64,000 bases of DNA from Piromyces finnis finn (lineage: Eukaryota; Fungi; Neocallimastigomycota). The notes beneath the pieces are model-generated. The model worked only from the letters and a program-made list of their open reading frames with translations, was not told the DNA's origin and did no database searches. The stretch covers positions 2,046,001-2,110,000 of the forward strand of contig MCFH01000001.1 in assembly GCA_002104945.1 (NCBI GenBank), given 5' to 3'. Below, piece after piece: positions 40,789 through 53,832 of the stretch; position 1 is the first letter of the stretch, and each line of letters begins with the position of its first letter. The position numbers and the translations under genes were made by a program.

Positions 40789-41991
40789 TTATTCATTAGA
40801 TGTATTATAGGAAAGTTTAAAAGAATCACAAATTTCATAAATATATTTTGTATCAATATTTAATTTTTCTGCTAAATCCGTAGCATTACGTTCAGATTTC
40901 TTTAAGAATTCATCAATAATGTTTATTTCATTTTCTGGAAGTTCAGATAATTTTTTAATAAGAGATAAATCTAAATTTGAATGGAAATATTCAAATGTAG
41001 TTTTAATTTGTCTTTTTCTTATTCCAATTTTTCTTCCTTCTTCTCTTCCTTTTCTCCAATAATACTCTAGAGTTGATTTTTCTGTTATTATTGAATCTAT
41101 TCTATACCAATATTCTTTTTCAAATTTTTCATCATCTTGTAAAAATAATAATTCAAATCTTGCTTTTTTGTATATATCTTTTGTGTCTTCTTTTCTGAAT
41201 ATTGGATCATTTGGATTATTTAAAAATTGGATCCATAGATTTAAGTCTTCATCGCTATTATCATCATCTTTGTTATCATTATTTAATGAATTATCTAAAA
41301 TATCATTGTTGTTAACATTATTGTCATTATTGTTTTCATTCTTAGTTTTAAATTTAGGTAATTCAATAAAGTGAATTGTTGATAATTGACAATTAAAATC
41401 AAAATCGTCATTATCCATTATTATATCATTACCATTTTTGTCAGTGAGAATGTTCATTTTTTTGTCGTATAACTTTTCATTGACATTTTGATAAAACTTT
41501 CCTTTATAAAAAGCTACACCATTTCTAGGAAAGTATCTATAGCCGATTCTATCGTCAAACATTATATAATCTAATATATTAAGCATAATGATTTCTGGAA
41601 TATTTCCATATTTTTGTCCTTTAAATACAGATTGAGTCATTAATCTTGAAGCATAAAATTCAGATCGATATAACATACTATTTACATTTGAAACATGAAT
41701 TTCTATATTTACGAGTTCTTCGTCATTCTCTTTTGTTAATCTTTTAAATTTACTTACTAATATATCAGCATTTGGGAAATTTTCTTCTAAATCATCTGCC
41801 CTCAATTTTTCATCAATAAATTTAACATTGTTAACATTAAAATCAGAATGACCATAATACTTCAATACACTATTTAAAAAATGAACCAAAATATCTTTAT
41901 TCTTTTCATTACCAAATAGTCTTTTAAAAACAATATTGACAGTTGGTTTTATAGTAATGACTCTTCTATTACAATAACTTAGATAGTCCAT
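40789..41991 (-). CDS. Rpn-family PD-(D/E)XK_2 nuclease, copy 3 (inverted, divergent C-terminus, premature stop)
   Basis: 400 aa. N-terminal ~300 aa nearly identical to copies 1 and 2 (VNSM vs VSSR). Shorter EGREEG region and a different C-terminal variant. TAA replaces a GAT codon and removes the final ~11-aa ...KKIKI tail. Confidence 0.87.
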   Translation of the reverse strand: MDYLSYCNRRVITIKPTVNIVFKRLFGNEKNKDILVHFLNSVLKYYGHSDFNVNNVKFIDEKLRADDLEENFPNADILVSKFKRLTKENDEELVNIEIHVSNVNSMLYRSEFYASRLMTQSVFKGQKYGNIPEIIMLNILDYIMFDDRIGYRYFPRNGVAFYKGKFYQNVNEKLYDKKMNILTDKNGNDIIMDNDDFDFNCQLSTIHFIELPKFKTKNENNNDNNVNNNDILDNSLNNDNKDDDNSDEDLNLWIQFLNNPNDPIFRKEDTKDIYKKARFELLFLQDDEKFEKEYWYRIDSIITEKSTLEYYWRKGREEGRKIGIRKRQIKTTFEYFHSNLDLSLIKKLSELPENEINIIDEFLKKSERNATDLAEKLNIDTKYIYEICDSFKLSYNTSNE

Positions 41992-43030
41992 TTCTTCTAT
42001 TCTTTCTTTTTTCTTTTCTTTCTTTTTTCTTTTCTTTCTTTTTTCTTTTACTTCTTATTTCTTAGTATTTTAAATAAATAATACTACGAAATTAAAAATA
42101 AAATTTAGAGATAATAAAAATTTATTTTGATCAAAAATTCTAATTTATACTTATTTATTTATTTACTTATTTATTTATTTAATATTTATTCATTAGTAAT
42201 TTAATGGTTTAAACTTAACCACCATCATTTTCATTTATTAAAGACGAAAGACAATAATAAGTTTTTGCTTTAATTTTAAATATAATTTATTTTATATTAT
42301 AAATTATTATAAATAAAATAGTAAATTAAAGTATTAATTGAATTTATTATATTTATTATATATATATAATAATCGAAAAAAAAAAAATCTACATTTATCA
42401 ATTATCAACAGTATTAAAATATTCTTTTTAAATTTTATAATTATTAATATAATTTATTTTAATTGAATATATAAAACTATTATGAAATAATGTATAATGT
42501 ATTAATAAAATATTATTTATTATTATAAAGGATAAAGTAAATATATTTTTTTTATTATTAAGAGTTACTATTATTTGAAAATATAATGGTGGTAACATAT
42601 TAGTCATTGATTTAAATCAATTTTCTTTATGATTACTCGATTGAATAGCTTTACTAATTTTAATGTAATTATAAGATATACTTATTAAGTAATACTAATC
42701 AATAATAAATAATATGATTTAGTGTTTTTCTCTCATTCAATTCCATTAATTTAAAAAATTACCTTAAAAATAAAATATAAGAATATAATATATTTTATTA
42801 TAATTATATAGTACTTTTTTAGATTAAAAGAAATAATGAATACTATTTATATAATTTATTATAGATATAATTATAATAATTTATAAATTCCATTGTTGAT
42901 ATTATATGTTTATTAAATACCATAATCTATTAAAATTAATAATAAAATTAAATATATTTTAACTAATAAAATTTATTTATTTATTTATTTATTTATTTAT
43001 TAATATATATATTTTAACAAAAATTATATA

Positions 43031-43530
43031 TTATAGTATCTCTAAAATATCCTGTTTCATCAATAATACCGTTAATTTGAGTATCACGATGATTATTATT
43101 GTTTTGTTTGGAAGAACACACATTACTTTTTTAAACACATTTTTAAATGCCTTACCATAATAATTATATGCATCTTCACTCTTAAATGAAAATAAAGGTG
43201 TATATATATTATCACAATGAACTATAAGAGTTTCTACATTAAAAGCACAATGATTATCAATGTATTCATTAGACAAACATTTTAAATATGAATTATATGT
43301 ATAATAAATGCACTACTTATTATCACTTTCAATTATAATTACAAGCAATAAATAAATTTTCATTCCCCTTCAAAAAAAAAATATATTTAATTATATTAAA
43401 ATAAAATGACTTTTTATCAAAATATAATATATATTATAAAAAGCTATAACTTAGCACGAATTTATCTAACCCCGAAAAGTCTATGCTGTAGATCTTGGTC
43501 TGATTGCAAAGGCTGAAGGCTATATAAAGT
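43031..43530 (-). pseudogene. Possible fragmented gene of unknown family
   Basis: Protein-like reading (HCAFNVETLIVHCDNIYTP...YYGKAFKNVF, then after a frame change HRDTQINGIIDETGYFRD) plus a GC-richer island at 43440-43530 reading IAFSLCNQTKIYSIDFSGLDKF on the same strand. No family recognised. Confidence 0.25.
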
Positions 43531-45829
43531 AATAATAGATTTATGTAAAATTATAAATTTATTATTAATTTTAATTATTTAATGATTAACACATGATTTT
43601 ATAAAAAAAACTTTTTTTTTGTTAAAAACTTTTAAACTTATATTACTATTAATTAATTATATTAAAATAATAACAATAGAAATAATAATAAAGTAAAAAA
43701 AAGTGTATTCTATACATTTATTGCACTATTTATAAAGTGGATGTTAGTGTTTTATTAGTCCTTGTATTTTTGTATTATTTAACTAATAATTAAAAAAAAA
43801 TGGTTATATTCTAACCCATTAAAATTTTTATTTTTTAATAAAGTCCTAGGTATTTTCGTTTTTATTATTTAAAACAAAAATAATTACTCCATAATATTAG
43901 ACATTTTATTAGTTCTACTTAGTATAAGTATACAAAAATCATAAATATTATATATATTAAAACTAGATATATTTCCATCTAACCAATTTTATATTTGATG
44001 AAAATTTTAAAGATTAATTTTCTTTTTTTTTTCTATTAAAGTTTATTGAAGCATTCCACCATTCCACCAAACTACATAGAATAAATCACATGATCATTTT
44101 TAAAGATGTTTTTTTCTATATAAAGTGTATATAATTAAATAATTTATAAATTAATTAATTAATAAATAAAAAACAAATGGAAAATTAAATAAATGAAATT
44201 GTTTTAAGAATGAATGAAAATATGAAACGAAACCATTTTCAAAAAAAAAAAAATTATGTAGTATAATAATATATTAAAACTTATAATAAAGTTTATTTTT
44301 TTTTAAAAAAATAAAGTTTAAAATAGAAAAATAAATTAATTTAAAATTGGAAAAAGAAAATTAATCACTCCTACATTTATTGGTTAAAAGAATGACAAAT
44401 CATGTATATAACTACAATAACTTATAAAGAATGAAACATTTAAAAACATTTTTCATTTAATCTTTTAATAATGAAACTGAAACATTACATTATTTAATAA
44501 GACATCATCAAAATGTAGTATACACAAAGTAATATAATATATTTGTATTAAATTGTATTAAACTAAGTCTATTTTTTAAAGACAAGTATATTATGTAATA
44601 AAGAACTTTATAAACTTATTGCCAATAATAAATATAAATATATAATAGATATATAATAGATATAAAATGTATAAATTACAATAATTAAAACAATTTTATA
44701 TATAATTTATATAATTTAATTTTTATACACTTTTTGAAATTGTGGATGAAAAAAATATTTTTTTAATAAATTATTCATTTATAGGATTATCCTTTTTTTT
44801 TTCTTTATTATACACTTAATTTTATTAGTAATTTCTTTATTTAAAGAAAAAAAATAAGGAAATTAAATAAATAATTTTAAAATTTTATTTATAATAAAAC
44901 TCTAAACAAATTTTAAAGTATAAAAAAAAATGATAGAGTCAATATGGTTTTCAATAAATTAAATTTTTGATAGAAATTTCCAATTATTTAAAATGTGTAT
45001 CATATACAAAAATTTTAAAAATAAAGAAAAATTAATATATGGGAAAATTTCCTTTTTTTTTTCTCCCATAAAACCTTTTTTTTTTTTTTTTAGAAACCAA
45101 TAAATTACAGGTTATTTTCATGAAAAATACTTTGTAGAATCAAATTTAAAAGTCATTTTACTAAAACTTATATATATTTCTATTCATGTCATGTGTAGCT
45201 ATATTATCTCACCGGTATTATTATATATAATACAATAATACTAATTATTAAATAATAAAATTTTTAATGTATCAAAAATTTTAATGTTCACATTTCTTTT
45301 AAATATGAAAAAAGTAATATAGATGTAAAAACTCGTAATTTCTTTTTTAATTTAAAAATATAATAACAAGATTAATAAATTAATTGATGGTAATACATAT
45401 TGATTTAAAAAAACCATTACTATTATATAATACTTTTAAAGAAAAAAAATAATATAATAATTTATAATATGTTTTTTTTTTTTTTATTTTTTATTTTGAA
45501 CATTTAATATAAATGTTATAGGAAAAGGATAATAGTGATATGCTGATCTATTTTTTTTCTTTTTTTTCAAAGTATTGATTAATAATTGATTAATTATTTT
45601 TAATATTTATTATTTATTTATTATAACCTAGAGATGAAAAAATTATTTTATAATTATAGATGACAGATCAATGGGATAAAAAAATAGATCAGCTAAACTT
45701 TTTAAATTATAAAAGATATCCTTTATTTTTTATATAAAAAAATGGGATGGTAGTAATATTACTATGTATTACAGTATTACATATAGAATATTAATGTTTT
45801 ATGTTTATTGGTAATATCTTTATTTTATA

Positions 45830-45860
<31 letters not shown>

Positions 45861-46394
45861 CGTTTGTTATCCTTATTCATTAAAATTAGAGATTTTCAAC
45901 AAAAAATTGATTTTTTTTAAAAATAAAAAAAAAATTATCTTTTTTTAATGTTACATGAAAAAATGATCAAAAAATTTTAGGTAAAGAAAAGGAGGAGGAA
46001 GAGGAGGAGGATAATGAATGGAAATGGATACCGTATTATATAGTAAATGATTTATTCTAAACTTTAAACGGTTACACAATTTATATTTAGGAATATAAAT
46101 AATAATGGAAATTAACCAATGAAGAAATAAAGAAACGGATGCTGTTTAGCTATATTATAAAAATTAATAATAGTCTTCTAGCCTTCTTGTTAAGGGCTTT
46201 TTTTTTTACATTAATAATAAATTCTTAATGATAATAAATATTAAAATTCAAAAAAAAAAAAAAAAAAATAATCCACTTTTCTTATATGGTTTAAAGCTTT
46301 TATTTATTTTATTATTTTTAAATTTATTTCTATTAATTTATTAAACTTTAATTTCTATATTTATATATATTTATATTTTATATTATTACTGATG

Positions 46395-46425
<31 letters not shown>

Positions 46426-46723
46426 TTCTATAAAATGGATATCTTTGAATTACATACATATTTATTTGTAATTATTTTTAAGAGTATTCTTTGAAAAAAA
46501 AAAAATTTGTTTTTATATTAAATATATCAATTATTCTTTTTTATATTTATATATATATATAAATTAATATTATTATTATCTTCATTTAAATAATAATAAT
46601 AATAATGATTTAAAATTTTTACAAAAAATTTTGGTAAATGACAAAAATTGTTTTTATAAACAATAATTTGTACATTGATAAATTAATTGGAATATTTATG
46701 ATGTATTATTTATTTAACTTCTA

Positions 46724-48192
46724 TTAATAATTCCAATCTTTGTCACTTACTTCACTATATTTATTGTTTTTGAGCATACCAAAGCTATTACTATTTATTG
46801 CTGATCCTGTATAATTATATTGTAACATTCCATTTTGAGCATTACTTGTTAGTGTATTACTACTATTGTTTAAATTACTCAAATTAGAAAAGTATGATTT
46901 TGAATCAAGATTACTTTTTTTGTAATCGTAATTACTTTTTTTAAATGAATAATTACCATTAGTACTGTAATTATTATAATTATTATAGCTAGTAGTACTG
47001 AAATTGTTATGACTATTACTTCCACTATTATTATAAGTTTCAATAGTACTTTCATCTTTTGAACGTAAAAGTAAAATTTGATCAATAAAAATCATGAAAT
47101 ATTGGACATTAGCAATTGTAGTTCTTAAATCTTCAAAATTGAAATCAATATCAGTTTTTTCCTTAATATAGAAGAAGTAATATTTTCCTATGGAAATGAA
47201 TAAAGAGATTGGTAAACCAATGACACCAATAACAGCAGATATGACAATTCTGTATTCTGAAATAGATCTGAATTTCTTCAAGAAACCAAATTCATTTTTA
47301 TTTGTTCTATCGAAAAGTTGTTTCTTTAAAACCATATATACAGTTATATCATAAATTAAAGAACAAGCTATAATGACACATTGCATAATCCAGTAACCGT
47401 TGTAAAATCCATCAACATATACTTTATTGTATACACCTCTTTTTTCCCCTCTGTATATTTTTTTTGGATCCAATGTCCATTGATAGAAGAATACAGCGAT
47501 CTTTGAAAGATTAAATAAACCACATGACATATAAACCCATTTAAGAGTATTTCTATCTCTTGCAACAGCTTTAGTACGAAGCAATGGATACCAATCTCCA
47601 ATAATTTCACCAGCATACCAAAAGAATAAATTTATTTGTCTTGTCATGAAGAATTTTAATGGATATACTTCAGTATAAATAAGACCATCTATACACTTTC
47701 CGTCATTATCATAAGCAAAATAATGTGAAAGAAAACCTCCACCAATAGTATCAATTATATCACCAATAGTTCTATATTATTAATAATAAAAGAATTTAGT
47801 ATTTTATTCATATTTTTAATTAAAACAAATATTTATTTTTCAATTTATTACCTAAATACATAATGTCCTAATACTAATTTCATAACAGGCTTTTGAAAAT
47901 TGAATTTATGAATAATACATAATAATAATGTCCAATAGAAAAAAGATTGATTTACTGGTTTAATAAATGCATTTATAATTGTTCTAATAGTATTGAGAGC
48001 ATTATTTGGAACAGTAATACCTGAGTTTTTATAATAACCAGCCATATATTCTACATAACAATCAAAGTTTGTACCTTTACTAAAAACCCAACCCCAGTAA
48101 CCAGCTTCTTGATCATTTCCGATGAAATACTTTTTTTTTGATTGTATATCATCCCACTGATCATTAGTAAATGTATAATTGTAATAATTCAT
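46724..48192 (-). CDS. Orphan 7-TM (GPCR-like) membrane protein, paralog B; exons 48192-47852 and 47771-46724
   Basis: Shares FSKGTN..CY.EY.AG, FFYWTLLL, KPVMK, GDWYPLLRT, FGFLKKFR.ISEYRI and NVQYFMIFIDQ with paralog A. An 80-nt GT-AG intron splits the Arg codon of HYVFR. Confidence 0.82.
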
Positions 48193-51100
48193 TTTTATCT
48201 AGTTTTTTATTTTAAAATTTTTTACTTAAATTAATACAAAATTTTACTTAATTCTATTTAACTGAATTAAAGTTTTTTCTATTTTTTTTTATTTACCAAT
48301 AATAATCTATAATATTGGTATTTTTTTTTCTATTTTTAATTTAAAAAAAAATGAGGAAAAATGGTTATTTATATTGAAAAAATATTTTAAATTATTTTAA
48401 AATGATGTTCTAGTTTTTGGTTTTTCTGATAGTACTTTAGATTTACCAATTTATTTATTTTTAATTTATTAAAGTACATAAAAAACCAATATTTAATATA
48501 AATTAATTAAAAAACTTTATTTTATATAAAAATTTAATTTAAATTTCAAATAATTTGAAGTGTAGATCATTTTTATAATACATTAATATATATTATATAA
48601 CTATTGGATTAAGTATTTTTTTTTTTTGTTTTTTTCATTAATTCATTCATTTCATATTTTTAAGAAATATATTAATAGATAATAATTTCATATACTTATT
48701 TATGAATGTTTATATTATAGTTATTTATAATAAATAAATTGCTTATTTTTTTTTGTTAAATTAATGTTGATATTATGCAAACAGTTAAAATATTAACATT
48801 TCAATATAATAATACAAATACTTTTTTATATGAAAATATAATTTAAAACATTAGTAGAATAGTTAATAAATCTTTAATAATATAAATAGAATAAATAGTT
48901 TTTTACGAACAAAATATAATTTTTTATGAGTATTTTTCATTTCAAAAGATAGAGTAACTATTAAAATTGATGTGTAAACTTAATAAATTAATTTTATTCA
49001 ATATATATGGTTTGTAATTTTAATATTATCCCAAAATTTTTTAATATTCTTTGTATTTCAAGTAATTTAATATTCATTAAAAATGAATTATAATTAATAT
49101 GTTAAATAATATGATCATCCTTTGTTATACTCAAAATAAAAAACTATTGGTTTCTCCTTGAATTATATATAAATTTTAATAATTATATTAAATAAAATAT
49201 CTTTCCAAAATTCACATTAAATAATTTTCATCCTGTAAAAATGAAAAAAAAAATGTTTCCAATAATACTGAAACATTAATATATTTGTACCTACATCAAC
49301 TGAAACATGAAAAATGTATTCCAACTTAATATATATTATAATATATTATGATATTCATGATGTTCCTAATTTATATTAATTTAATATATTATTTTTATTC
49401 CTAATATAATTAATATAATTATTTGTTGAAAGATTACTCTAAATTATTTTTATCTTATAGAGTGAATGTGCTAGATTATATTTAGAGTAATTACTCTAAA
49501 TTTAATTCTTTCAAGAATAGAAAAATTATTATATATATTATCACATATCATTTTTTTAAATCTTATTAATTATGTAATAATTTATTATAATTTTTTATAT
49601 ATTATAATTGATGTGTTCATTATTTTGAATATAATACAATTATTTAAATGAATTTTTATTTACCAATTAAAAAATAAAATATTTGAATTAACATGATACT
49701 ATATTATATGTTTCGAATATGAACTAATTTTTATTAATATAATTAAATTTTTAAGCATGAAGTTTTATCGAAATATGATTTTTTTTAAATTACATATATA
49801 ATAGTAATAATTTTATTATAATAATAAAGAAGGTTAAATAAATTTTAACTAATATTTAATATAATTATAGTTTCACAAACTTGAGAATTAATTTATTTTT
49901 ATTATAAATTATTATTGTTCTTTCCATTTTGTGCTTTCTTAAAATCCGTAAATAAATTAAGAAAAAAGAATTAATATACAGAATTGATATATTGATATTT
50001 AAAGTTAATTTTATAAAATCTATAAATTAGATCATTATTTTTTTGTAAAAGTCATTCTTCTATTTTTAGTATAAAGTTAAAAAAAAAAAGGATAGGAAAT
50101 ACTAATTTAATTTTTTTTTAAAATAAATTAGAAATAAATTAATTTCTTTATATTTAATTAATTCTAAGTGATTTTCAAATGGTAAATATATTAATTACTT
50201 AAAATAAAGGGTTTTTTATGTAAGAATTTCATTAATTATAAAGTTTTTTAGTTATTATTTAATTACTTAACAAGATTACTATACTCTTCTTGATAACTAA
50301 TTTACAAAACGAAGTATTGTTTTTTAGAAATATTATGGATTAAAAGTATTATTATTTTTTTAATAAAGTTTGTAAAATATCTATTTCCTATAAAGTTTTT
50401 CCATAAGAACTATTTAAAACTCAATGTTTATTTAACAATTTTAATTAAATATTTTTTTTTTATGTGACTCATTAATCAAATATATCAAATATTAATTATA
50501 TTTATTATATTCTAAAACTAATAAATCATTATTAGAAAAAATATTTTTTATATTTTTTATGTAATACACATAAAAAAAAAAAAATCTCCTTTTTTTACCC
50601 AAAATAGTTATTAAAAAATCACCAAAATTTTTTATTAAATAAATTAATTTTTTGTTAATTAGTTTATGTTGATGATTTAAAATTTTTAATTAAAAATAAT
50701 TTCTGTGTAAATTGGATGAACGATCGAAATTTTAAAATATTTATTATTTATAACAAATACAAATTATTAAAAGGAAAATATACTAATAATGAAAAAAAAA
50801 AACTGCCTAATCAGTATACTTTAATAATAATACTTTTATATATATTATCATTATTTAATAATACCATTATAAATGATTTTTTAATGATAATACATTTATT
50901 TATAATATTTCTTTATGTGGTACTACATTATTTCTTTGTTTCAATCCTTATATATTATAATGTATTAGATTAATACATTAATATTACATTACGTATTTGA
51001 TAATTTATTAATTATAATTATTTATTTTTTAAAATTAAAATTATCAATTCAAAAAAAATATTTTCTTTTATCTTTCTTTATTTCCATATTATATATACCA

Positions 51101-52315
51101 TATTATATATTTATATTACATTCTTTTACCTTAATTGTATTACATAGCATTTAATAACATTTAGGCTATTCATATGAGAAAATAAATATTAAATATTTAT
51201 TAAAATTAAAATAGGGTAGAAAGTAAAATAAATTGTTTGTTGTAAATATAATTTAATAATTAAAATTTTTAAAGTGTATAATTCAAATAAAATTCAAGAA
51301 TATTTAATTATAAAAAAAATCTATTTTTTTTTTTTTTTTAGAAAACAAGAAAATTATAATTATAAATAATATGAATAATTATCACTTATCAATAGGAGTA
51401 ATACCTTTATCTTTTTTTTATTATTATTACTTAAATTAAGAATCACTATTAAAATTCAAAATACTGTAAAAGTATATTAAAAAAAATATACACCTATATT
51501 AAATACTTATGTAAAAATAAAATAATATTAAAATTTCAATTTTTTTTTTTTTGTTTGTTTGTTATTGCTTTAATTTTTTTTTTTTTTTTGTTACTACTAT
51601 TATAATTTTCTTTATAGTCGATAGTGTTAAATATTGTAAAAGATTATTATCAAAATAATCATTATTTGCTTTTAATAATTAAAAAAAAAGATATTCAAAT
51701 ATTCAGACATATCTATAAATACTTTACTACATTTTTTTAAGTAATCTATAAAATTAAATATTAAAAATTGATTATAATGATTTTTTTTTTAAAATTAAAG
51801 TTAAACATATAAATAATTATTAACTTATTTTTGAAAACTTTAATATTATTAATTTTTTTTATTTCAACTAATATCAATTTATTTATAAACATTATAATTA
51901 TATAATAAATAATATATCACTATATTATTTATTATATAATTGAAAATTTAAAAAAAAAATAAAAAAGCAATTTTTAAATAAATAACAAGGATATAATTAT
52001 TAATAAAGCTTATTGTGTTAGTTTTAAATAATATAAAGATGCTATTGAATTTATTGACTTCTACGTTTAATAGTTATAAAAGGGATTATCCATATGAAAT
52101 TAAAAAAAGAAATAATAATGTTAAACAAAAACAAAAACAACTCAATAAAAAAACCTCTATTGAAAGAAAATCTGTCAAAAGTATGATATTTATTTATTTA
52201 TTTTTTTAAAGTATAACATGCTAATTAATAAATATATACATTCAATTACAATAATTAAAAAGAAAATTCGGGTAGAAAACGTTATGGTCAAAATAAACTA
52301 AATAAAAAAAGTTTT

Positions 52316-53832
52316 TTGAATAAAAGAAAAACTGATGTTGGAAAAAATTCATCTTGGAAAGATACCAGCAAACTACAAAAAGTTTTAAATAAATTTAAGC
52401 ATAAAACAAAAAACATCAATATTTATCCTTTTAATGTATCGAATAGTTTAAATGCAAATTCAACTATTACAATGAGTAAGGATTGTGAAACGGTAAAATT
52501 TTTAATGGAAAAATGGAATATAGATGTTACCTGGTGGGGGAATATTGATTTTAGCGAAGAAGAAAATTTTAATAAAACAAATATGGAATACTATGGTTGT
52601 TGCTATAATAATAATTATGTTGTTTGTGAAGACAATAAAATAGTTGAATTGTATGCTCAGATTAATATTAATTCTTAAAATTTATATTTGGACATTTGTA
52701 ATTAATATTATTTTTAAATTCTGTATTTTTTTATGATAGAAATATTGATGAAAATGAAATTAATGTTGCTAATCCAGAAATACCAGAAGAAATTTGTGAA
52801 TTAACGGATTTAACAAAATTGTAATTTTATTTTTGAATATCTTACCTATTAAATATTATTAAATATTATATATTAAACATATAAAATAAGGTATTGGCAT
52901 TTACTTTGAATATTTATTAATATTTAAAAATTTAAAAAAGGTCTCTTGGAACCAATAGACTTAATGGTAGTATCCCGAAAAACATAGGAAAACTAAAAAA
53001 TTTAGAATATTTGTAATAAAATTATTCTTATATATAATTTTTTTTTTTTTAATTGCGTATATTTAACAAAATAAAAATTATTATATTTATTAATATATTA
53101 ATAATTTAACCAGATGGTTATATTTTAATAATCTTAATGGAACTATTCCTACTTCTATAGGAGAATTATCAAATTTAAAATCATTGTATATATCGTTGAC
53201 ACTTTAATTAATTATTCAATTTCATTTAAAGTTAACTTTATCATTTTTTGAAAAATATTATTTATTTTATTAGAAATCTACATGGAAATGATTTATCAGG
53301 AACAATACCGAATGAAATTGGAAATTTAATCAACTTGGAAACTTTGTAATTAGTTCTATATTATTATTATTATTATTTAAACTGATAATTAAAAAATATA
53401 ATTATTAATTTATTAATTTTATATAGAGATCTTCATAGCAATAAACTTGAAGGTGAAATTCCTAATTCAATAAATAAATTAGAAAATCTGAAAAGACTGT
53501 AAATATTAATTTATATATTTAATATCTTGAAAAAATTAAAAAGATTAATTTTCCTTCTCTTCTCTCTCTCTTTTTTTTTTTTTTTTAATGTTTATTATAT
53601 ATAAAACTTTAGATATTTAAATAATAATCAATTTAATATTACTGATGTGTCGTACATTCCAACTAAAGTAGAAAAATGTGACTTAACTAACAACAATATG
53701 TCAAATTCAGTTTACAATACATATAAAGAATCCTTAACTTGTTCTTCTTCCATATCTAATATTTCTTCAATATCTTTTCAAGGAATTTTGATTTTTCTTC
53801 TTATTAATATTATCATTTTTCTTAAAAGTTAA
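52316..53832 (+). CDS. Leucine-rich-repeat cell-surface protein (plant-type 24-aa LRRs, Cys-capped N-terminus, hydrophobic C-terminal anchor); start uncertain
   Basis: Exons 52740-52820, 52941-53012, 53114-53185, 53274-53345, 53427-53498, 53613-53832. They encode repeats such as SLGTNRLNGSIPKNIGKLKNLEYL and NLHGNDLSGTIPNEIGNLINLETL. Ends ISFQGILIFLLINIIIFLKS. Confidence 0.85.
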
